Shown piece after piece: positions 1 to 9,934 of a stretch of 29,430 bases of DNA. The stretch's first letter is position 1. Every line of letters begins with the position of its first letter. A program made the translations under genes and the position numbers. Source of the stretch: an uncultured Clostridia bacterium (GTDB lineage Bacteria; Bacillota; Clostridia; TANB77; CAG-508); contig CAUWFY010000001.1 of NCBI GenBank assembly GCA_963558115.1, positions 1-29,430 of the forward strand, written 5' to 3'. The notes below the pieces were generated by a model that saw only the letters and a program-made list of their open reading frames with translations, made no database searches and was not told where the DNA came from.

Positions 1-882
1 GGGATAACATGTGCAGCATTTTTGGCAAAAGAAGCTATAGATGTTACTATATATGAAAAATATAAATATTTAGGCGGATTATTAGTATTTGGAATTCCTG
101 AATTCAGATTAGAAAAGAATAGAGTAGAAGAGGTAGTAAAACAAATACTAGAATTAGGAATAAAAGTAGAATATGAAAAAGAATTAGGCAGAAATTTAAA
201 ACTAGAAGAACTAGAAAAAGAATATGATGCAATATTTTTAAGTATTGGAGCTAATAAATCAACTAAAATGGGAGTTGAAGGAGAAGAGCTAAATGGAGTA
301 TATGGTGGAAATGAACTATTAGAATATAATTTGCATCCTAATTATAAAAATAAAAATATTGCAATAATTGGAGGCGGAAATGTTGCAATAGATTGTGCAA
401 GAACAATAAAAAAACTAGGTGCAAAAAAAGTAACAATTATATATAGAAGAGCAGAAGAACAAATGCCAGCAGAAAGAAAAGAAATAGAAGAAGCAAAGAA
501 TGAAGGAATAGAATTTGCATTTAAAAATAATATAGTAAAAATAATAGGAGAAAAATCAGTAGAAAAGATAGAATTAATAAAAACAGAACTGATAAAAAAA
601 GAGGGAGAGGAGAGATTATCTCCAGTTAATATAGAAAATAGTAATTATACAATAGAAATGGATTATGTTATAATGGCTTTAGGTTCAAAACCATCAGAAA
701 TAGTAGATGAATTAGGACTTGAATTAAATAAATGGGGAAATATAAAAATAGATGAACAATATAGAACATCAAAAGAAAAAATATATGCAGGAGGAGATTT
801 AGCAGGTGTCAAAGGAACTGTTGCTTGGGCTGCATATTCAGGAAGAGAAGCTGCAAAAAGCATAATAGATGAAATTATTTAA
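1..882 (+). CDS. FAD/NAD(P)-dependent oxidoreductase, glutamate synthase small subunit (GltD/SudA/NfnB)-like; 5' end lies outside the window
   Basis: Frame is open from base 1 (GITCAAFLAKEAIDVTIYEK, tail of the first dinucleotide-binding motif). Also GGLLVFGIPEFRL, IIGGGNVAIDCAR, IIYRR and YAGGD motifs typical of GltD-family proteins. The track's start at 22 is an internal TTG. Confidence 0.85.
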   Translation, partial: GITCAAFLAKEAIDVTIYEKYKYLGGLLVFGIPEFRLEKNRVEEVVKQILELGIKVEYEKELGRNLKLEELEKEYDAIFLSIGANKSTKMGVEGEELNGVYGGNELLEYNLHPNYKNKNIAIIGGGNVAIDCARTIKKLGAKKVTIIYRRAEEQMPAERKEIEEAKNEGIEFAFKNNIVKIIGEKSVEKIELIKTELIKKEGEERLSPVNIENSNYTIEMDYVIMALGSKPSEIVDELGLELNKWGNIKIDEQYRTSKEKIYAGGDLAGVKGTVAWAAYSGREAAKSIIDEII

Positions 883-1059
883 TTAAGAAGTAATTTCAGT
901 TGATTAATATTTGATATATGTAGTAATTTATTGTTAACCATATATGTGAAAAAATTTAGAAAAGTATATTACAAATTACCGATAGATATATGTAAAATAA
1001 ATATTAGTTTATATAGAAAAAGTGATTATACAGTAAGAAAAAATAAAATTTATATATTA

Positions 1060-1104
1060 AAAATAAGCTATCATATATTATAAAGTTATATGATAGCTTA
1101 TTTT
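1060..1104. terminator. Bidirectional intrinsic terminator
   Basis: Perfect 18-bp inverted repeat AAAATAAGCTATCATATA / TATATGATAGCTTATTTT between convergent genes. Confidence 0.8.
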
Positions 1105-1111
1105 AATGTAT

Positions 1112-2224
1112 TTAAAATTCATCATTTTTATTATAAACATTATTAGATTTATTTCCTAATATTAGCTTTTTTAAATACTTAAAGAATGAAGACAGTTTAC
1201 TTTCTTTTTTTACAATTAAATTAAGTGAAGAAATATCTGTTCCATTTTCTAAGGCATTATACTTTTCTTCAAGTAAATCCATTTTCTGAATATAATAATC
1301 ATTAAAAAATGTATATCCATCACAATACCCTAAATAATTTTTAAAAGAGTAAAGTTTTTTTCTATAAATTTCTATCTCTTCTAAATTAGAGATTTTATCA
1401 AAAGTGCTATCAAAGTAACTTGAAATGATAAGATTTTGAGTTCTTAAAAAAGTTAATTTTATTTCATTTTTTAATTCATCAATTTTTTTCACCATATCAT
1501 CAACCTTCTTAGTTTGTGAATCAGAATTTATAATTTTATTGTTTAATTTTATAATATCTTCTTCAGCAAAAAGAATATCATCAATAGCATTTTGAATAGT
1601 CATAAAAGTTTTTTTAGAAGTTATATCGGCAAATAAAAGTTTAAAATTATCATTACTATTCAAAGTACTTTTAAATAACACATCTTCTCCAACTAAATAG
1701 GCTAATTGATTTACTAAACAACATTCTAATGGATAATATGAAGGACTAGTAGTTTCAAAAGTAATTCCAAAATATTTAACATATTCCTTGGGAATACCAA
1801 TAATTTTAGAAGACATAAGTTGAACAGATGCTTCATTAAGTCCAAGACCATATATTTTAAATTCAGTATAATCACATAATCCCATTTTTAATAAATAATT
1901 TTTTTTATCTTTTACTTCTTGTAAATAATGTATGCACTCATGAACAGCAAATTCTTCCATATCATCATCTGGGATATGTTCATTAAAATAAATAGAAGAA
2001 TTTTTATAAAAATAATTTGCTTCTGCCATTCCATCAGGCATTTTAGCTTTATACATATCCAATCTTGATAATTTTATAAATAATTCATTTTCATTTAAAC
2101 CATAATCAGGGAAAGTTTCACAAAGTTTTGATGCAATATTTTTTGCAATAGAATTTATTTTTAAAGTATCTAATTTTTTAATAACTTCAATTCCATCTTT
2201 TTTTAAATCTGACTTAATGCTCAT
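1112..2224 (-). CDS. Hypothetical protein with HExxH zinc-metallopeptidase-like motif (370 aa)
   Basis: Start refined to MSIKSDLKK (ATG at 2224, AAGGAG RBS upstream). Contains FAVHECIHYLQ and a downstream GLNEASVQLM, a gluzincin-like HExxH...E arrangement. Confidence 0.65.
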   Translation of the reverse strand: MSIKSDLKKDGIEVIKKLDTLKINSIAKNIASKLCETFPDYGLNENELFIKLSRLDMYKAKMPDGMAEANYFYKNSSIYFNEHIPDDDMEEFAVHECIHYLQEVKDKKNYLLKMGLCDYTEFKIYGLGLNEASVQLMSSKIIGIPKEYVKYFGITFETTSPSYYPLECCLVNQLAYLVGEDVLFKSTLNSNDNFKLLFADITSKKTFMTIQNAIDDILFAEEDIIKLNNKIINSDSQTKKVDDMVKKIDELKNEIKLTFLRTQNLIISSYFDSTFDKISNLEEIEIYRKKLYSFKNYLGYCDGYTFFNDYYIQKMDLLEEKYNALENGTDISSLNLIVKKESKLSSFFKYLKKLILGNKSNNVYNKNDEF

Positions 2225-2257
2225 ATAAAACTCCTTAAAATAATCTAATAATATTAT

Positions 2258-2286
2258 ATAATAAAAATAACAATGATAAATGTCAA
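2258..2286 (-). promoter_or_regulatory. sigmaA-type promoter for the HExxH gene
   Basis: TTGACA-17 bp-TATTAT on the minus strand, about 35 nt upstream of the ATG. Confidence 0.55.
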
Positions 2287-2436
2287 AAATATTAAAATTA
2301 TGTGACATTTAGGTTACGAAAGATATATATATGGTATTTATAATAACAAAAGAATTAAGTTATAGAAAAAATTAAATCAAACAAAAATAATAAAAAGAGT
2401 TCAGTAAATAAGAAAAAAGAAGATAAGTAATTGAAA

Positions 2437-2453
2437 TGTCGAAAAATGACGAT
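2437..2453 (+). promoter_or_regulatory. Tandem Spo0A-box-like sites
   Basis: TGTCGAA (2437-2443, matches TGNCGAA) and TGACGAT (2447-2453, 6/7), 10 bp apart, just upstream of the -35 at 2463. Confidence 0.35.
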
Positions 2454-2462
2454 GAAAAAAAC

Positions 2463-2491
2463 TTGACAATAAAACTTTAGAAATATATAAT
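2463..2491 (+). promoter_or_regulatory. Consensus sigmaA promoter
   Basis: Perfect TTGACA-17 bp-TATAAT, followed by AGAAAGGAGG RBS and ATG at 2549. Confidence 0.8.
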
Positions 2492-2548
2492 GTTCATACA
2501 TTAATTCTGATTAGAATTAATAGTTCAAGTTAGAAAGGAGGAAGAACT

Positions 2549-3106
2549 ATGACACAAGAACAAAGAGATGCTATGCTTATGGAAATATTATCAAAAGTAA
2601 ATAATCAAGAAAAAGGTTTATCTACGATAATGGACAAATTAAATGAACATGAAAAGATGATTTTAAAACTAGATGAAAAAATTGATATTGTTCGTGATGA
2701 ATTAAATGCAAAAATAGATGTAGTTTATAATGAATTAAATAACAAAATAGATAAAGTTTATGAAGAGCTAAATAATAAAATAGACAAAGTCCACGAAGAA
2801 TTAAACAACAAAATAGAAATGTTAAATGATAAAATAGACAAAGTTGACAAAAAACTAAGCAATAAAGTAGAAATCTTACGAAGCAGAATAGAATTTGTAG
2901 ACAAAAAATTTGAAAAATTGTATTTTGAACTAGATATGCAGATCAAGAAAATATACATAGAGCATGGCGAAATGTTAAGAGAACAAAGCAAAGTACTAAT
3001 AGAGCATGGCAAAATATTAAGAGAAAACTCAAAGAAACTAGAAAGAGTTGAAAGAGACTATGGACTAATGTTAGAATATCATCAAAAGAAGATTCAAAGT
3101 TTATAA
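2549..3106 (+). CDS. Hypothetical coiled-coil repeat protein (185 aa)
   Basis: Strong RBS and own promoter. Contains 11-residue repeats (EELNNKIDKVY-like) and 14-residue repeats (EHGxxLRExSKxL). Confidence 0.75.
   Translation: MTQEQRDAMLMEILSKVNNQEKGLSTIMDKLNEHEKMILKLDEKIDIVRDELNAKIDVVYNELNNKIDKVYEELNNKIDKVHEELNNKIEMLNDKIDKVDKKLSNKVEILRSRIEFVDKKFEKLYFELDMQIKKIYIEHGEMLREQSKVLIEHGKILRENSKKLERVERDYGLMLEYHQKKIQSL
2696..2827 (+). repeat. Four tandem 33-bp intragenic repeats
   Basis: Units start at 2696, 2729, 2762 and 2795; consensus ~GAAGAATTAAATAACAAAATAGATAAAGTTTAT. Confidence 0.85.
2959..3042 (+). repeat. Two tandem 42-bp intragenic repeats
   Basis: AGAGCATGGC...TTAAGAGAA at 2959 and 3001. 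Confidence 0.75.
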
Positions 3107-3151
3107 TCAAATAAAAATTTATATCAAGCAATTATTTCATAATCAGGTTAA

Positions 3152-3191
3152 AAAATAACCTATTAGAGCTTTAAGTCCAATAGGTTATTTT
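3152..3191. terminator. Bidirectional intrinsic terminator
   Basis: 13-bp inverted repeat AAAATAACCTATT / AATAGGTTATTTT between convergent genes. Confidence 0.8.
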
Positions 3192-3196
3192 AAATA

Positions 3197-5620
3197 TTAT
3201 TTTATTACTATATTATAAATCTTATTTTTTACATAAATTTCTTTAATAATATTTTTTCCTTCTAATTTAGAAGAAATTGCATTATGTACTTTTTCTTTAA
3301 CAGAAGTTTCATCTTCATCTAAAGAAATATTTACAGTAGCCTTTAATTTTCCGTTGAATTGAATAGGTAAAGTAATTTCATCAATAATAGTTTTATTCTC
3401 ATCATATTTAGGCCATTCCATATAAGCAAGCATTTCATCTCCATTTAATACTGTTTGCCAAAGTTCTTCAGTTATATGTGGTGCAACTGGATTTAAAAGT
3501 TGTAAAAATGTTTTAAATTCAGCTTTATTAATAGATTTTTCTTTATAAAATTCATTAACCATAGACATAAAAGTTGATATTACAGTATTAAATTTCATTT
3601 CTTCAATATCAGAAGAAACTTTTTTAATTGCTCTATGCATCATTTTTTCAAACTTTGGAGAATAACTATCTCCATCAATTAATATATTTTGTAAATTCCA
3701 AACTCTATCTAAAAATTTAGAGCAACCTCTAATACTTTCCATAGACCATGGAGCTGTTTGGTCAAATGGACCCATAAACATTTCATAAACTCTAAAAGAG
3801 TCAGCACCAAATTCATTTACAATGTCATCAGGATTTACAACATTACCTTTAGACTTAGACATTTTTTCACCATTAGAACCTAAAATCATTCCATGAGAAG
3901 TACGCTTTTGATAAGGTTCTTTAGTTGGGACTACGCCTATATCATATAAGAATTTATGCCAAAATCTTGAATATAATAAGTGTAAAGTAGTATGTTCCAT
4001 ACCACCATTATACCAATCAACAGGAGACCAGTATTCTAAAGCTTCTTTAGATGCTAAAGCAGAATCATTATGAGCATCCATATATCTTAAATAATACCAA
4101 GAAGAACCAGCCCATTGAGGCATAGTGTCAGTTTCTCTTGTAGCTTTAGCACCACAATTAGGACAAACAGTGCTTACCCATTCTGTATGACGAGCAAGAG
4201 GAGATTCACCGTTTTCTCCAGGCTCGTAATCATCAACTTCAGGCAATCTTAAAGGTAACTCATCTTCAGGGATAGGAACCCATCCACATTTATCACAATG
4301 AACCATAGGTATAGGTTCACCCCAATAACGCTGTCTTGAAAATACCCAATCACGTAACTTAAAATTAACTTGTTTTTTACCAATATTATTTTTCTCTAAA
4401 TATTCTAATACTTTATTCTTAGCATCTGTAACAGATAAACCATTTAAGAAATCAGAATTTATTAAAATACCAGTTTCAACATCAGTAAAAGCTTCTTCTT
4501 CAATATTAAATACGACATCATCAGATATTGGCTTAATAACTTGCTTGATAGGTAAATTAAATTTTTTAGCAAATTCATGGTCACGTGTGTCATGTCCAGG
4601 AACAGCCATAATAGCACCAGTACCATATGTAATTAAAACATAATCAGAAATCCAAATAGGAATTTCTTTACCAGTAAGAGGATTTATAGCTTTAATTCCT
4701 TTGATTTCACAACCTGTTTTTTCTTTATTTAATTCAGCTCTTTCAAAATCAGATTTTAGTGAAGCTAAATGCTTATAATTTTCAATTTCATCAATATTAG
4801 TTATTTTATCAGCTAACTTTTTAATAATATTATGTTCAGGTGCAACCACCATATAAGTAGCTCCAAATAAAGTATCTGGTCTAGTTGTATATACAGTTAA
4901 AGTTTCTTGAGAATCCGAAATTTTAAAATTAACTTCAGCACCTTCACTACGACCAATCCAATTAGTTTGTTGAGCTTTAATTTTATCTAAGAAATCAACA
5001 TCATCTAAATCATTAATTAGCCTTTCAGCATATTTAGTAATTCTTAACATCCATTGACTTTTTTCTTTTTGAACAACAGGACTACCACATCTTTCGCAAA
5101 CTCCATTTACAACTTCTTCATTAGCAAGTCCAACTTTGCAACCAGTACAGAAGTTAATTGGCATTGTAGCTTTATAAGCTAATCCATGCTTATAAAGTTG
5201 TATAAAAATCCATTGAGTCCATTTATAATATTCTGGATCAGTAGTATTTACTTCTCTTGACCAATCAAAAGAAAAACCAAGAGACTTTAATTGTTCTCTG
5301 AAATGATTAATATTTTGCTCAGTAGTGATTTTAGGATGAACATGAGTTTTGATTGCATAATTTTCAGCAGGTAAACCAAATGCATCAAAACCAATAGGAA
5401 GTAAAACATTATATCCTTGCATTCTTCTCTTTCTAGCAATAATATCTAATGCAGTATAACTTCTTGGATGTCCAACATGAAGACCTTGTCCTGAAGGATA
5501 AGGAAATTCAATTAAGCCATACCACTTTCTCATAGTATAGTCATCTTTTGCATTAAAAGTTCCTTCACTATACCATTTATTTTGCCATTTTCTTTCTATC
5601 TCTTTAAAATTATATGACAT
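3197..5620 (-). CDS. leuS: Leucine--tRNA ligase
   Basis: [13 protein letters not shown] (HIGH) and KMSKS motifs, CP1 editing region [19 protein letters not shown]; 807 aa. Confidence 0.98.
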   Translation of the reverse strand: MSYNFKEIERKWQNKWYSEGTFNAKDDYTMRKWYGLIEFPYPSGQGLHVGHPRSYTALDIIARKRRMQGYNVLLPIGFDAFGLPAENYAIKTHVHPKITTEQNINHFREQLKSLGFSFDWSREVNTTDPEYYKWTQWIFIQLYKHGLAYKATMPINFCTGCKVGLANEEVVNGVCERCGSPVVQKEKSQWMLRITKYAERLINDLDDVDFLDKIKAQQTNWIGRSEGAEVNFKISDSQETLTVYTTRPDTLFGATYMVVAPEHNIIKKLADKITNIDEIENYKHLASLKSDFERAELNKEKTGCEIKGIKAINPLTGKEIPIWISDYVLITYGTGAIMAVPGHDTRDHEFAKKFNLPIKQVIKPISDDVVFNIEEEAFTDVETGILINSDFLNGLSVTDAKNKVLEYLEKNNIGKKQVNFKLRDWVFSRQRYWGEPIPMVHCDKCGWVPIPEDELPLRLPEVDDYEPGENGESPLARHTEWVSTVCPNCGAKATRETDTMPQWAGSSWYYLRYMDAHNDSALASKEALEYWSPVDWYNGGMEHTTLHLLYSRFWHKFLYDIGVVPTKEPYQKRTSHGMILGSNGEKMSKSKGNVVNPDDIVNEFGADSFRVYEMFMGPFDQTAPWSMESIRGCSKFLDRVWNLQNILIDGDSYSPKFEKMMHRAIKKVSSDIEEMKFNTVISTFMSMVNEFYKEKSINKAEFKTFLQLLNPVAPHITEELWQTVLNGDEMLAYMEWPKYDENKTIIDEITLPIQFNGKLKATVNISLDEDETSVKEKVHNAISSKLEGKNIIKEIYVKNKIYNIVIK

Positions 5621-5651
5621 AAAAAAGCCCCTTTCAAAAAATATTTTTTGT

Positions 5652-5680
5652 ATTATATAACAAAATTAGGAATAAAGCAA
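5652..5680 (-). promoter_or_regulatory. sigmaA-type promoter of leuS
   Basis: TTGCTT-17 bp-TATAAT on the minus strand, ~30 nt from the start codon. Confidence 0.55.
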
Positions 5681-5778
5681 TAACTAGAGCTTCAAAAAAT
5701 CCTATAAATGCTAATAAATCAATAAGTATAAAGATATTTAAAAAATAAAATTTACTTTTTAAATTCACAATAATTCTA

Positions 5779-5807
5779 TTGCATAAAAAGATGAAAAATG
5801 TTAGAAT
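5779..5807 (+). promoter_or_regulatory. sigmaA-type promoter (extended -10) of the HD-HD-topB operon
   Basis: TTGCAT-17 bp-TAGAAT with TG at -15/-14; GAGGTG RBS before ATG 5828. Confidence 0.6.
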
Positions 5808-5827
5808 TTGCATTGAGGTGTTAAAAG

Positions 5828-6649
5828 ATGATAGATATAACAAAAGCAAAAAAAGCATTTAAAGAATATATAAAAAACTATGATATAAATAATCCAAAAG
5901 TAAAACTAAAAATAGCTCATATTGAAAGAACAGCTAATATAGCAAAGAAAACAGCCGAAAGCTTAAATTTAGAAAAAGAAGATATAAAATTAGCTGAACT
6001 AATAGGATTGTTACATGATATAGGAAGATTCGAACAAATAAAAAGATACAACACATTTGTAGATCACTTAAGTGAAAACCATGCTAAATTAGGTGTAGAT
6101 ATTTTATTTAAAGAAAACCTAATACGAAAATTTATAGAAGATGATAAATATGATAGAATAATAAAATTAGCGATATTAAACCATAATAAAGATAAAAAGG
6201 ATATAACAAGAAACATAACAGAAAAAGAGAAATTACACATAAAGCTAATTAGAGATAGTGATAAAACAGATATAATATATTTACTAACCTTTGAAGAGAA
6301 AAAAGCTGCATGGGAAAAGGAAGATTTGTCAGACGAAGTGTTTACAGATGAAATTTATAGAGAATTTATAGAAGATAAAAATATATTTTATCCAAATATG
6401 AAAACATGTGCTGATAGATTAATTGGCCATTTTGCTTTTATATATGATTTTAATTATGAATATGGTTTAAATACAATATATGAAAATAAATATTATACTA
6501 AAATTTATAGTAGATTTAATTTTAATAGTAAAAAAACAGAAGAGCAATTTGATGATATTTATAGGACTACAATAAATTATATAAATGAGAGGTTAAGCAA
6601 AAAAGATGTTAGATATGTTAAAAGCAGAGAAAGAATTTATTCTGTATAG
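5828..6649 (+). CDS. HD-domain metal-dependent phosphohydrolase (paralog 1)
   Basis: H...GLLHDIGRFEQ...H...HN...RDSDK signature of the HD superfamily. Confidence 0.88.
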   Translation: MIDITKAKKAFKEYIKNYDINNPKVKLKIAHIERTANIAKKTAESLNLEKEDIKLAELIGLLHDIGRFEQIKRYNTFVDHLSENHAKLGVDILFKENLIRKFIEDDKYDRIIKLAILNHNKDKKDITRNITEKEKLHIKLIRDSDKTDIIYLLTFEEKKAAWEKEDLSDEVFTDEIYREFIEDKNIFYPNMKTCADRLIGHFAFIYDFNYEYGLNTIYENKYYTKIYSRFNFNSKKTEEQFDDIYRTTINYINERLSKKDVRYVKSRERIYSV

Positions 6650-7376
6650 CCAAAAATTTGATTTAAAAAATGAAAATATAAAAATGAAGCAATTACATTC
6701 AATTAGAGTAATGAAGATTTGTGAAAAAATTGCAAAAGAAATAAATTTAAATAAAGAAGAAATAAACTTAGCAAAACTAATAGGATTATTACATGATATA
6801 GGAAGATTTAACCAATATGAAAAATGTAAAACATATATTGATAGAGAAAGTTTTGACCATGGAGACTATGGAGAAACACTATTAAAAAAAGATAATCATA
6901 TAGAAAAATTTATAGAAGATAAAAAGCATATTGAAATACTATTAAAAGCAATAAAAAATCACAATAAATATAAAATTCAAGAAGGATTGAAGGAAAAAGA
7001 ATTAAAATATGCAAAATTAATAAGAGATGCTGACAAAATTGATATATTATATGAAGCAACAGACATTTTTTGGAATAAATTAGAAGAAAAAAATCAAATG
7101 GAAAATTCAACAATTAGTGAAGAAACAGAAAAGCAATTTTTTCAAGAAGTAAATATAAAAAGCAGAGGTAGTAAGGAAACAAAAGCAGATAATCTAGTAA
7201 AAATAATCTCATTTATATATGACATAAACTATAAAGCAAGTCTAAAAATTATAAAAGAAGAAAAATATATAGATAAAATAATAGATAGATTTGAATTTAA
7301 AGATAAAGAAACAAAAGAAAAAATGATAAAAGTAAGAATAAAAGCCAATGAATATATAAAAAAGTATAAAGGATGA
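6606..7376 (+). CDS. HD-domain metal-dependent phosphohydrolase (paralog 2)
   Basis: HS...GLLHDIGRFNQ...H...HN...RDADK; overlaps paralog 1 by 44 bp. Confidence 0.88.
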   Translation: MLDMLKAEKEFILYSQKFDLKNENIKMKQLHSIRVMKICEKIAKEINLNKEEINLAKLIGLLHDIGRFNQYEKCKTYIDRESFDHGDYGETLLKKDNHIEKFIEDKKHIEILLKAIKNHNKYKIQEGLKEKELKYAKLIRDADKIDILYEATDIFWNKLEEKNQMENSTISEETEKQFFQEVNIKSRGSKETKADNLVKIISFIYDINYKASLKIIKEEKYIDKIIDRFEFKDKETKEKMIKVRIKANEYIKKYKG

Positions 7377-7382
7377 TAAAAA

Positions 7383-9353
7383 TTGGGCAAAAAATTATTA
7401 ATAACAGAAAAGCCATCAGTAGCTATGGAATTTGCGAAGGCACTAAAAATTACAACAAATAGGAAAAATGGATACTTAGAATCAAATGACTGGATAATAA
7501 CTTGGTGTGTAGGCCATTTAGTAACAATGAGTTATCCTGATAAATATGATGAAAAGCTAAAGTTTTGGAGATTAGATACATTACCATTTATACCAAAGAA
7601 ATGGAAATATGAAATAATTCCGAATGTACAAAATCAATTTAATATAATAGAACAATTAATGCACAGAGAAGATATTGAAGAAATATATAATGCAGGTGAC
7701 TCAGGAAGAGAAGGAGAATACATACAAAGATTAGTTTTTATGATGGCAAAACCAAATCCAACAATAAAAATAAAAAGAGTATGGATAGATTCACAAACAG
7801 AAGAAGAAATTTTAAGAGGAATTAGAGAAGCAAAAGATGAATCAGAATATGATAGCTTATCAGATAGTGCATATTTAAGAGCAAAAGAAGATTATTTAAT
7901 AGGAATCAATTTTTCAAGATTATTATCAATAATATTTGGGAGAAGATTAGCAAAAGATATAAACGAAGAAAAAGCATCAATTTCAGTAGGAAGAGTAATG
8001 ACTTGTGTATTGGGAATGGTTGTCTCAAGAGAAAGAGAAATCAGAAACTTTGTAAAAACAAAATACTATAAAATAGTTGGAGAATTTGGAGAAGAAAATT
8101 CATCCTTTAAAGCTGACTGGAAAGTAACTGAAAAATCAGAGTTATGGGAATCTCCTAAACTATATAATGAAACAGGCTTCAAAAAAGAAGATGATGCAAA
8201 AAACTTCATAATGAGTTTAGCAGGAAAAAAAGCAAAAATAACAGAATTAAAAAAATCAAAACAAAAGGAAAATGCACCATTATTATTTAACTTAGCAGAA
8301 ATACAAAATGAATGCACAAAAAGATTCAAAATAAAACCTGATGAAACATTAGAAATAATACAAAATTTATATGAAAAAAAATTAGTAACATACCCAAGAA
8401 CAGATGCAAGAGTTTTATCAACAGCAGTAAGCAAAGAAATAACCAAGAACTTAAATGGAATAGCAAAAGGTTTCAAGAATGAAGAAGTACAAGGATATAT
8501 AAAAAAGATGGCAGAAGAAAAATATTCTACTAATTTAGCAAAAACAAAATATGTAAATGATAGCAAAATAACAGACCACTATGCAATAATTCCAACAGGG
8601 CAAGGATATGAAAATTATAACAATTTACCACAATTACAAAAAGATATATATTTAGTAATTGTAAAAAGATTTTTAGCAATATTTTATCCACCAGCACTAT
8701 ATAATAAAATTCAGATGACAATAGAGGTAGAAACAGATGAAAATAATAAAAAAGCTGAGACATTCACAGCAAGTGGAAAAGTATGTGTAGATAAAGGATA
8801 TCTAGAAATTTTAAGACCAAATGAGAATAAAAAGTCCACAAATAGTGAGAAAAATGTGGAAAGTACTGAGAATAACAAGGAAAACGATTTAGAAATATTA
8901 AGTAAACTAAAAAAAGGACAAGAGATAGACGTAAAAAATTATGAAATAAAAGAGGCAGAAACTTCGCCACCAAGTAGATACAATTCTGGCTCGATAATAT
9001 TAGCAATGGAAAATGCAGGTAAATTGATAGAAGAAGAGGAACTAAGAGAACAAATAAAAGGTGCAGGAATAGGCACAAGTGCAACAAGAGGAGAAATTAT
9101 AAAAAAATTAGAAAAAATAAAATATATAGAAATAAATACAAAAACACAAATTGTAACTCCAACCAAAAAAGGAGAATTAATTTATGACATAGTAAATCAA
9201 TCAATGCCAGATATGTTAAATCCAAAGCTTACTGCTAGTTGGGAAAAGGGACTGGATTTAGTAGCTAAAAAGGAAATAGAACCAGAAGAGTTTATGATAA
9301 AATTGCAGAAATACATAAATTCAAAATTTGATAGGCTAGTTATGAGGCGATAA
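7383..9353 (+). CDS. topB: Type IA DNA topoisomerase (topoisomerase III)
   Basis: TOPRIM ITEKPSVA, WCVGHL, DSGREGE, SVGRV, active-site TYPRTD, DHYAIIPT, GIGTSATR; TTG start. Confidence 0.92.
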   Translation: MGKKLLITEKPSVAMEFAKALKITTNRKNGYLESNDWIITWCVGHLVTMSYPDKYDEKLKFWRLDTLPFIPKKWKYEIIPNVQNQFNIIEQLMHREDIEEIYNAGDSGREGEYIQRLVFMMAKPNPTIKIKRVWIDSQTEEEILRGIREAKDESEYDSLSDSAYLRAKEDYLIGINFSRLLSIIFGRRLAKDINEEKASISVGRVMTCVLGMVVSREREIRNFVKTKYYKIVGEFGEENSSFKADWKVTEKSELWESPKLYNETGFKKEDDAKNFIMSLAGKKAKITELKKSKQKENAPLLFNLAEIQNECTKRFKIKPDETLEIIQNLYEKKLVTYPRTDARVLSTAVSKEITKNLNGIAKGFKNEEVQGYIKKMAEEKYSTNLAKTKYVNDSKITDHYAIIPTGQGYENYNNLPQLQKDIYLVIVKRFLAIFYPPALYNKIQMTIEVETDENNKKAETFTASGKVCVDKGYLEILRPNENKKSTNSEKNVESTENNKENDLEILSKLKKGQEIDVKNYEIKEAETSPPSRYNSGSIILAMENAGKLIEEEELREQIKGAGIGTSATRGEIIKKLEKIKYIEINTKTQIVTPTKKGELIYDIVNQSMPDMLNPKLTASWEKGLDLVAKKEIEPEEFMIKLQKYINSKFDRLVMRR

Positions 9354-9369
9354 AATAACAAATTAAAAT

Positions 9370-9406
9370 AGAACTAATAAATTAACATTGTCAATTTATT
9401 AGTTCT
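9370..9406. terminator. Bidirectional intrinsic terminator
   Basis: Perfect 14-bp inverted repeat AGAACTAATAAATT / AATTTATTAGTTCT between convergent genes. Confidence 0.8.
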
Positions 9407-9413
9407 TAATTCG

Positions 9414-9791
9414 TTAGCCTTCCCAATAAAATAAGATAGGAAGACCGTTACTTGAACTTTTTTTGTAAAAGTCAAGTAATGTATTAGGAGAATGAAAATT
9501 GTATACAGTTTTTTCTCCTAATACTTTTGCCGAAATCTCTTCGCCAGAGAAAACTAATTCTAATGCTTCATCTAATGAAACACAAATGGAGTCCTCTGGA
9601 AGGCGTTTAAACTGCGAGATTTCAGATTCTGACCAACCATATAATGTATAAGGTTGAACAGAAGCGAGCCTTTGCATTTGGTCTAATTCTGCTTTAGACC
9701 GAATGGGCTTTAGGATTCTAGCAACAGCACATTGAGGGTAATACCCTCGGTTGATAAGTTTAATTGCTTGAATTTCATTTATTCTTTTCAT
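9414..9791 (-). CDS. Hypothetical protein (125 aa), on the minus strand
   Basis: The reverse complement of 9781-9791 gives ATGAAAAGAAT (MKRI), so the gene is on - although the track says +. GGAGG RBS, own promoter, about 35% GC by hand count. Confidence 0.75.
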   Translation of the reverse strand: MKRINEIQAIKLINRGYYPQCAVARILKPIRSKAELDQMQRLASVQPYTLYGWSESEISQFKRLPEDSICVSLDEALELVFSGEEISAKVLGEKTVYNFHSPNTLLDFYKKSSSNGLPILFYWEG

Positions 9792-9836
9792 ATAGTTCCC
9801 TCCATTTTTGGAAACTTATTACTTAGTTACATAAAT

Positions 9837-9865
9837 ATTATACAATTATTAACATAAAAAGTCAA
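9837..9865 (-). promoter_or_regulatory. sigmaA-type promoter
   Basis: TTGACT-17 bp-TATAAT on the minus strand. Confidence 0.7.
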
Positions 9866-9934
9866 TAAAAGGAAATAAATTTATTTTAAGAAATGTTTTA
9901 AATAAAATAACTTACAAATTATATGATTTTTTAT

